Shown here: one piece after another, positions 55,701-64,000 of the stretch
How the letters are laid out: each line of letters opens with the position of its first letter
Position numbering within the stretch: the first letter of the stretch is position 1
NCBI RefSeq assembly: GCF_009914755.1
Contig: NC_060942.1
Reading direction: 5' to 3' (one strand)
Length of the DNA: 64,000 bases
Source of the DNA: the human T2T-CHM13v2.0 reference genome, Homo sapiens
Position numbers and translations under genes: made by a program
The notes under the pieces: generated by a model
What the model was told of the DNA's origin: nothing
Database searches by the model: none
Seen by the model: only the letters and a program-made list of their open reading frames with translations

Positions 55701-56372
55701 ATTTTACTTATGGTAAATAGCAAAATACATTTTGAGTTCTAAACATCTTACAAAATCAACCATAAAAACTAGACAAAATATTAAAAGTATTTGCTTGAAG
55801 ACATTGGAGAATTACTAGGGCAGTACAGACTACAGGCTCCTAGATCCCAGATAAAAGAGAAGTACAAAGAACTGAACATGATAATTGTCACTGAATTTTG
55901 TAATTCTCAAAACAGTGGAGAGGCTGAGTAAGTGAGAAGAGCTTCCAGCAGTCTTATGAGGCTAGAGGGGCCAAATCTCCACCAACCATTAAATACCATG
56001 GGAAATTTCTCAATTTACCAATTGGTTCTTCCAATGAGTAATACCCTTGGAATAGCAGGAAAAACAAAAGAAAATAATTCAGTCCTTGTAAAGACTGAAG
56101 CACTACACCAAAATAGTGCAATCTCTGTTTGAATTAGGTAAACTGGCGCCAATTTAATTGCCTTCCAAAATCAGCATTTTGAAAAGTCTCTGGAGAAAAA
56201 TAATAAAATCCATAGCTTCAAAGTATTTCTAAAATATTTAATCTACAATGTCCAGAATCCAATCAAAATTACCAATATGCCAGGAAAGGAGATTAAATGA
56301 GGACAAAGAAGAGAGAGAGACAGGAAGAAGAAGAAGCATACACATAGAAGATACAGATAAAAGTTAGCAGAC

Positions 56373-56414
56373 TATGTTAATCAGGATTCTCCAGACAAAT
56401 AATACCAAAAGGAT

Positions 56415-56460
<46 letters not shown>

Positions 56461-56988
56461 GATAGATAGATAGATGATAGATAGATACATACATACATAG
56501 ATACATAGACATATAGATACAAAGATAGATACATAGATACATCAAAGATAGATGGATATTTACTACAAGGTATTGGCTCACTCAGCTATAAAGACTGAAG
56601 TGTCCCACAGTCTTCCATCTGCAAGCTAGAGGCCCAAGAAATCTGCTCCTATAGCTCTAGTTGTAATGGAAAGGCTGAGAACTGAGGAAGCCAGTGGTAT
56701 ACAGTCCCAGTCCCAGTCAAAAGAACCAGGGAACCCAGTGTCTGAGGGCAGGAGAAGACTGATGTCCAGACTCAAGCAAAGAAAGCAAATTCTCTCTTCC
56801 TGTATCTTTTTGTTCTATATGGGCCACAGATTGGAGAATGCCCACCAACATTGTTGAGGGTCATCATTCCTACCTGGTGTATTGGCTCAAATGTTAATCT
56901 ATTCTGGAAACATTCTCATGGTTACACCCAGAAACAATGTTTTGCAACCAATCTGAGAACACCTTAGCTCAGTAAACTAAACATCACA
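56373..56988 (-). mobile_element. MLT2B-type (HERVL) solo LTR
   Basis: tcaggattctccaga...ttggctca...catctgcaagctaga...tgagggcaggagaaga...acacccagaaacaatgttt...catcaca. Confidence 0.85.
56417..56552. repeat. Compound (AGAT)n/(ACAT)n tetranucleotide STR
   Basis: (AGAT)11 GAT (AGAT)3 GAT (AGAT)2 (ACAT)3 followed by degenerate units. Confidence 0.95.
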
Positions 56989-57636
56989 GAGTAAGAGTTT
57001 TTAAATTAAATATATAGATATATTTAAAAGATTAGACTAAAATCTGAAGAAATGTATAATGAAAACTATAATAAGAATTAAATGAGAATTTCAGAATTGA
57101 AGAAAGATATAATGAAGTTTAGGTGAAAGTAGGTAAGTTAGAAAATATTTTAGATACCACACAAGAAAAGATTATTGAGCTTGAAGATCAGAAAAAGTAG
57201 CACATTTGATACATAGATAAAAATGTGGACAAACAGCCTGAAAGATCTGTGGGGCTGAGTTAACAGTTTGAATACACGTGCAATTGGAGTCCCAGATTGA
57301 AACACAGAGGTGCAGTAAGAGATAAAAAGGCAAATAACAGGTAAATATCTAGCAAAATCTAAATTAATACTGTTGTTTAAAATAACATCTTCCAAAGCTT
57401 AAAATATGTATTTAGTATTATAGAATTAATACGTATGATTACAATCACAAAACAAGTAGGAGGAATAGGTGGATTAAAAATATTTTAAGATTTTATATTA
57501 TCTAAAGAGGAATAAAAGTATGACTTATTAGATTTTTAGTAAGTAAAAAGTTTATGTTGAAAACCCTAATGTAACACTGAAAAAAAATAAAACTGTTTAC
57601 TGACAAGCTATTAGAGGATAAGAAATAGAATAATCT

Positions 57637-58936
57637 GGGATGTTAAAGTCTCCCATTATTATTGTGTGGGAGTCTAAGTCTCTTTGTAGGTCTCTAAGGA
57701 CATAGGCATGGGCAAGGACTTCATGACTAAAACACCAAAAGCAACGGCAACAAAAGCCAAAATTGACACATGGGATCTAATTAAACTAAAGACCTTCTGC
57801 ACAGCAAAAGAAACTACCATCAGAGTGAACAGGCAACCTACAGAATGGGAGAAAATTTTCGCAACCTACTCATCTGACAAAGGGCTAATATCCAGAATCT
57901 ACAATGAATTCCAACAAATTTACAAGAAAAAAACAAACAACCCCATCAAAAAGTGGGCGAAGGACATGAACAGACACTTCTCAAAAGAAAACATTTATGC
58001 AGCCAAAAAACACATGAAAAAATGCTCATCATCACTGGCCATCAGAGAAATGCAAATCAAAACCACAGTGAGATACCATCTCATACCAGTTGGAATGGCG
58101 ATCATTAAAAAGTCAGGAAACAACAGGTGCTGGAGAGGATGTGGAGAAATAGGAACACTTTTACGCTGTTGGTGGGACTGTAAACTAGTTCAACCATTGT
58201 GGAAGTCAGTGTGGCGATTCCTCAGGGATCTAGAACTAGAAATACCATTTGACCCAGCAATCCCATTACTGGGTATATACCCAAAGGATTATAAATCATG
58301 CTGCTATAAAGACACATGCACACGTATGTTTATTGCAGCACTATTCACAATAGCAAAGACTTGGAACCAACCCAAATGTCCAACAATGATAGACTGGATT
58401 AAGAAAATGTGACACATATACACCATGGAATACTTTGCAGCCATAAAAAATGATGAGTTCATGTCCTTTATAAGGACATGGATGAAGCTGGAAACCATCA
58501 TTCTCAGTAAACTATCGCAAGGACAAAAAAACCAAACACTGCATGTTCTCACTCATAAGCGGGAATTGAACAATGAGAACACGTGGACACAGAAAGGGGA
58601 ACATCACACACCGGGGCCTGTTGTGGGGTGGGGGTAGGGGGAAGGGATAGCATTAGGAGATATACCTAATGTTAAATGACGAGTTAATGGGTGCAGCACA
58701 CCAGCATGGCACATGTATACATATGTAACTAACCTGCACGTTGTGCACATGTACCCTAAAACTTAAAGTATAATAAAAGAAAAAAAGAAACCAAGAAACA
58801 TATTAACTCCTGCAATGGAAATGCATAAAACATAAACTTAATAAGCACCAAGCTCCAATATATTTTTGTGCCTGAATTATCCAATTGAGATATTTACATA
58901 TATTAAAGTTACTGTCAGTTCTCCATTTAAAAAAAA
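57637..58936 (+). mobile_element. L1PA3/L1PA4 LINE-1, 5'-truncated/inverted, with 3' transduction
   Basis: Inverted EN piece 57637-57701; sense ORF2 C-terminus and 3'UTR to ~58790; extra 138 bp and second A-tail; 17-bp TSD aagaaatagaataatct at 57620-57636 and 58937-58953. Confidence 0.93.
57708..58412 (+). pseudogene. L1 ORF2p C-terminal remnant (premature TGA at a Trp codon)
   Basis: [12 protein letters not shown]...[16 protein letters not shown]...IDWIKKM* is L1 ORF2p; continues in ORF 58425-58637. Confidence 0.9.
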
Positions 58937-59729
58937 AAGAAATAGAATAATCTAAAAAAATTCCAAAGAAAGTTAAAAATGGTTACAAGAAGGAATGAGG
59001 CAGAAGTGAACAAAAAGAAAACAGAGTAAGATAATATATTTAAACCCAAATAGTTCAGTAATTATATTAACCATAATTAGACTAAATCTTACTGTTAAAA
59101 AGCAAAGGTTGTCAGATTGAAAAATAAAAAGACTATCTAAAAGTAGATACAAATCCTTAAATATAAAGATACAGAAAAGTTGTCAGTAAAATAATGTAAA
59201 AAGACATACTATGGAAACAATAATATTTTTAAAAGTTTTATAATAAGTAGTTAATTAGGCAAAACTATGCAAAATTTACTTAGTTTTGGAGTAAGTAGAT
59301 TTCAAAGAAAAAATTATTACTAGAAATAAAGACAGATTACAATGATAAAAAGTAAGATTTGAAAGATTTGCAACAAGATTTACAGACTTACCCTAAAAGA
59401 CCTGTAGAGAAAAATCGCACTCAAAAATTGCAAACTACACGTTTTCCTCAAATACACATTTAATATTTACAAGTTTAGATAATATGCTGGATCATAAAAA
59501 CATATCAAGAAAATGAAAAGGATTAAAATTATGCTTAAAATATTCCCTGACCCCCACTGGCATTAGGCTACAAATCAATAAGAAAAATATAACTGGAAAA
59601 CTCTCATATGTTTGTAAATTAATTAATATACTTCCAAATAATCCATGAATTAAGACACAAATATATATGGAAATCAGAAAATAAATCTTGAACTGATTGA
59701 AAAGTAAAACATAATTGTGTAACTTCCAT

Positions 59730-62700
59730 TGTGTCTTTTCAGAAGTTTGATACAAGATCCACATTAACTCATGAACATTTTGAGCTTCATCAAATCTGGT
59801 GTGTCTAAGGCTTAACATACAATATGGCTTTTGATAACATCCTAGACTTGATGCAGAACCTTTTCTTCTCTTTAGATTCCACTCAAAACTAGGAGAAGCC
59901 TCAAAGTTTATTTGGTAAAATAATATGGTGACGATGCACAAGTTTTATGGTATAGGTTGCCTCTACAATTAAGAAGCACATAAGTGTTCTATGTTTTGTC
60001 AGCATTGGTACAAAATAAGACAACTTTTCCCTTTTTTGTGGTGATATACTGTTATTCCCCCAGACCATCTTCTCCCCAAAATATTTACTAAAATGGAAGG
60101 TCCCTGAATTTTGCAATATTATTCTTCCTTTGTCAAATATACATCTAACCAGCACATCTGGGGTGCTTTCCCTGACCTGCTCACCAGGGAAAATCTGAAT
60201 ACTGTTAGGTTGAGCAAATTATGATCGGTGGGATGCCTACAGGACAAAAGTCCTAGAGACCTAATTTTAATACTAAGAGAAGAGTTGCCCTAACCCTGAG
60301 AGAAGATAGTGAAATTGTATTTACTAACTCTCCCACGTGAAGGCAAACTGCTTAGATCATCCTTGGTGACTGGCATGGGGAAAAATATGTTTCCAGGCCA
60401 GTAGGGGTATTTCAAGGCAAGACATGTGTTTATTTCCTCTAACAAACACACCATATCTGTTGCAGCAGCTGCAGTTGGAGTCACTAATTATATTTTCAAT
60501 GATCCATATCATTTTCAACATGTACATGATTTTTTATGACAACCAAACAGGTGAATTAAAAGTGTGTGTAATAGGAATGAAATCTATTTTCAAATCTTGA
60601 TGACAGATTTAACAATCATGATTCTCTAAGAAGTGTGACATTTTTTAAATAAAATGATAAAGACATTTATTTCCATGGGGTTTCACTTGGTCTTTCCTAT
60701 TTTTCTGGACTTCACACCATAGGTGAGAGAGCTATTCTGTGCAGAGAGTCTGCTGGTTGCTGACTAGGAATACTCCAACTGGTTTTATTTTGAATGACTT
60801 TGCAGCAAATCTGCATTTATTACTTGAGCTCTTTAATTCTTTACTTGGATGCTTGAGTAAAAGCAGAATTGCAGGTTGCTAGAAATCACATAAAATCAAA
60901 GTCAGCATAACATTTTTAAATTTTTGAGTGCTACTTTTCTCCCATTGCCTGCTTGTCGGAAGACAAGTTTGGGAGGAAAACTGAAGAAGGATTTCAATAT
61001 ATTCTAATTGCAATGTCCTTCCTCAAGGAACTCAGGCTGAATTTTAATCAAGGGACTTCATTGGAGTGACCAATGGTCTAATCTGCCTAGGACTGGAAGG
61101 TTTCACAAGATATGGGATTATCAGTGCTAAAGCCAAGACTTAAGACAGTTAGAAACCCAGTCTATGAATTGACTTTGGTGTTTGGGAACTGGGAGAAAAA
61201 TTGTTACTCCTCTTGTGGTGACAAAAGTGGGGTTTCTGTTCACCAAACACCAAACAAACCTTTTCATATTATATTGGTTAATACATGAGTAGGCTGATTT
61301 ATGAATACATCAGTAGGCTGCACATCTATGACTTTGAGTTCTTTTAACGACCACCACAAAACCTTGGGTGCCAAAGCATTCTGATGACCACTCCAATACG
61401 ATTGCCTATTATGGTAATTGAAGTTAGACTGTCTCACACACTTAAACCCCAGTTTCCCACTCTTCAGAATTCCATTATTAAAAAGGACCTCAATTTTATG
61501 ATAACTCAGTTCCATTATTATCCTGAGCACGGAGATGACAGCCACCACAGAGCTTTTAAAATACTGGTATTCTCACCATACATTTTTCAATTCCTTTGTA
61601 AAGGTACTGTCTTCTGGGCACTCCGGAGATACACTGATGAGGGAAAATGAGAGAATTGCACTTACCAGATCTACTGCAGTATTACTTTCCCTCTGGAATC
61701 CAAATGTCTTCCCCTACATTATACAGAGAAAGGGCTGGCATTTTTTACCTCATGAATACAAGCTTTGAATCTAGACTTCAACAGCCAAATTAGCAAACAG
61801 ATCAAATTTCAACTTCTCTAGCACTTAAATTCAGAATGAAGTTTAGTTAAACATTATAGTAAATTCGACTTCATCCAAAATTAAATTTTGTTCTTTTTGG
61901 ATGACTCTGTGAATCTAGTACAATTATTGTTTTCCAGATATGTACAGATAAAAATAAATTATATTTTGGCATATATACTATATCCTCCTAGAATTAATTC
62001 TCTATTGGGGGCATATTGGGAAATAAGTATTGTTATCACCTTGAAGGCAGTTGGAGATTGTGGAGAAGGTTTGAAAAGACTAGGAATGCACAAACTGAAT
62101 CAGGTGGCATAATTAAATAATATCTGTCTGAGGGAAGTCTACCTTTCTAACAATGAAGTTGGAGTTTGTGCCAATATTATGAAAAATGGGTGAACTCTGG
62201 TGGTCAGACAACTCTGGTTGTCTGCTCAAGTGCACACAAATGTCAAATCTCAGAGTTGTGGTACTTCTTTGCTCGTACCCTAAACAAAGGCATTAATGTA
62301 ATGCTTAACTGATACTGCTGTACAGTCAACTTGTACTTTATGCTTCTGAAGATTTAAATTTTTGTTCTGATCCTTAGCCACATCTGCCCTGAAGCTATGG
62401 AACATAATAAACTCTTTTAAAGTTATATACCCTAAACCTGCTTTTAACTGAAAGTTTATAGACGTAAGTGAACCTCTTTTTTGTCAGCCCTTCTTTACCT
62501 TCAGAAGTGGGCAGCATGCCCCTTTTTTCTTGTAATTATCCTTATTTCCACAAGAGTTGAATATAACAACAGCTTGATTTTCCAAACCCTTGACTTTGAC
62601 CAGCCCTTCATTTCAAGTATCTATAGATAATTATTTAGGTTAAATTGATGTCATTGCATGACACAGATTACAATTCTCCCATTTTCCAACTTCAAGGTCT

Positions 62701-62750
62701 TCATGATTGTGTTCTTATGCAAATAGGCGATGAGCTCACTCCTGGAACCA
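59730..62750 (-). mobile_element. Ancient ERVL internal region (gag-pro-RT remnants)
   Basis: ORF 60290-60484 TPTAAAATDMVCLLEEINT resembles ERVL RT VTPIAAAVPDVVSLLEQINT; gag-like SSVVAVISV near 61520-61555; ends cactcctggaacca. Confidence 0.62.
61063..61158. mobile_element. MER81-like hAT-Blackjack MITE
   Basis: ggagtgaccaatggtctaatctgcctaggactggaaggtttc...tcagtgctaaagcc...acagttagaaaccc. Confidence 0.55.
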
Positions 62751-62815
62751 CATCATGAGAGGTATTTTTCTTCAACCACTGCTGAGATAAAGTTCTACAC
62801 ATAAGAGTAAGTGTC

Positions 62816-63114
62816 GGCTGGGCGCGGTGGCTCACGCCTGTAATCCCAGCACTTTGGGAGGCTGGGACGGGTGGATCACAAGATCAGGAAATCGAGACCA
62901 TCCTGGCTAATACGGTGAAACCTCGTCTCTACTAAAAATACAAAAAATTAGCCGGGCATGGTGGCAGGTGCCTGTAGTCTCAGCTACTTGGGAGGCTGAG
63001 GCAGGAGAATGGCGTGAGCCCGGGAGGCGGAGCTTGCAGTGAGCGGAGATCGCCGCCACTGCACTCCAGCCTGGGCGACAGAGCGAGACTCCGTCTCAAA
63101 AAAAAAAAAAAAAA
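62816..63114 (+). mobile_element. AluY SINE, full length
   Basis: AluY diagnostics (atcgagaccatcctggctaa, gagaatggcgtga, gcggagcttgcag), many CpGs retained; TSD aagagtaag(tg/ca)tc at 62803-62815 and 63115-63127. Confidence 0.95.
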
Positions 63115-63127
63115 AAGAGTAAGCATC

Positions 63128-63600
63128 ATACCAGCATACATACACCTCTCTGAATACTTGAGATCAAAGTAAATTAATACAGGAAACAGGTAACAGATGA
63201 TAAAAGAGGCTAAGAAGATGATTGGAGATTAGTGAGAAATACATAGATTAGTAACAGCAGGTTGTCACCACTATACATAGCTTGGAAAAAAATAATAACA
63301 CAAAGCAAAGAGGCAATGGCATTGGAACCTAAGAGCCTGGTCAAGGGGTCACCAGGAAGAAGCTGAAAGCAGGAAGCCTATTAGTGGGTGTTTGAGGCAA
63401 GAAAAGTACGTGTCCATTGTTGGACACACCACCCAAGACAAGGGAGAAAGAAAAGTATCTTGGCTTCTTCCTTCCTTCTTTCATCTAATCTCTCTTTGAT
63501 ACCTGTTGTTATCCAAATGCTTACAAAAGACAGTTGACAAAAAAGCAGAACAGCCCTTCTGGCCTACAGAACCCTGTATGGGAAAGATGAGGAACAACTA
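63128..63600 (-). mobile_element. Ancient ERVL LTR remnant (probable 5' LTR of the 59.7-62.7 kb element)
   Basis: aaattaatacaggaaacaggtaacagatgataaaagaggctaagaag...cttccttccttctttcatctaatctc resembles reverse LTR40/41-like LTRs. Confidence 0.4.
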
Positions 63601-64000
63601 TGAGGACAAAATGTTTAGGGTTGGCTCAGTGGGACAGGTAGTAGTGGAAGGAAGGCAGGAATGGGAAAAAATAAAGGAGGAATGTACCCAGAGTGATAGT
63701 GGTGTTGGGGGATGGGTGCTGATGAAGGTAATGGGGGCAGTTTGATAGTAGCATAAAGCCATGGTGAATATCATATTTCTCAGATTTGTAATTCACCCCC
63801 TCCTCCACCCAATAAATAGCATCCCCCAAGAAAGTATACCACCACAGAGTTCTCTCTCTTTTTAGACCACTCCTGGAAAAGACACATCTCTGGGCTGACC
63901 AAAGATCATAATCCATCTCTGTGCAACATGGAAGACAAGACACCTCTAAGAAAAAACATGGTACATTTAATTGCTTTTGATAAATCTCTAGTGTTAAAAC

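Larger units (their letters stand above)
55740..59725 (+). mobile_element. Old L1M 5' region (5'UTR/ORF1/ORF2 EN), interrupted by MLT2B and L1PA3/4
   Basis: ORF1-like gatctgtgggg...gtgcaattggagtcccaga (57243-57296); EN-like tcagtaattatattaa...aaagcaaaggttgtcagattg (59055-59120); A-rich sense strand. Confidence 0.65.

Noticed and set aside
57708-58637. Longest ORF (234 aa) as a functional gene; likewise 8197-8739
   Set aside because: Truncated L1 ORF2p C-termini without promoter, ORF1 or RT; one has a premature stop

Overview
AT-rich, CpG-poor primate (Alu/L1PA/THE1/MER9-containing, most likely human) intergenic or deep-intronic DNA. I recognise no host protein-coding exon, RNA gene, CpG island or prokaryote-type system. 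The long ORFs in the track come from repeats (Alu, L1 ORF2 C-terminus, THE1-int, MER9, ERVL pol) or look like chance ORFs. The window is a layered transposon record: 8 Alus, three L1PA 3' fragments, old L1M pieces, THE1B/MLT1/MLT2/MER9/LTR16 LTRs, a full-length THE1C, two decayed ERVL-class proviruses, and MIR/L2/L3/hAT relics. The most interesting signals are mechanistic. (1) An L1PA3/4 carries a 138-bp 3' transduction and an inverted endonuclease-domain fragment. (2) An L1PA13-like end has no poly(A) tail but a perfect 22-bp TSD. (3) A HERV16/ERVL provirus appears scrambled by a block swap plus a ~195-bp inversion. (4) An isolated 23-25-nt LTR-terminus stub sits inside an L2. A few candidate regulatory motifs (CTCF with upstream module, DUX4 site) are also noted. 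Subfamily names come from recalled consensus sequences and need Dfam/RepeatMasker confirmation. I see no evidence of a novel gene system.
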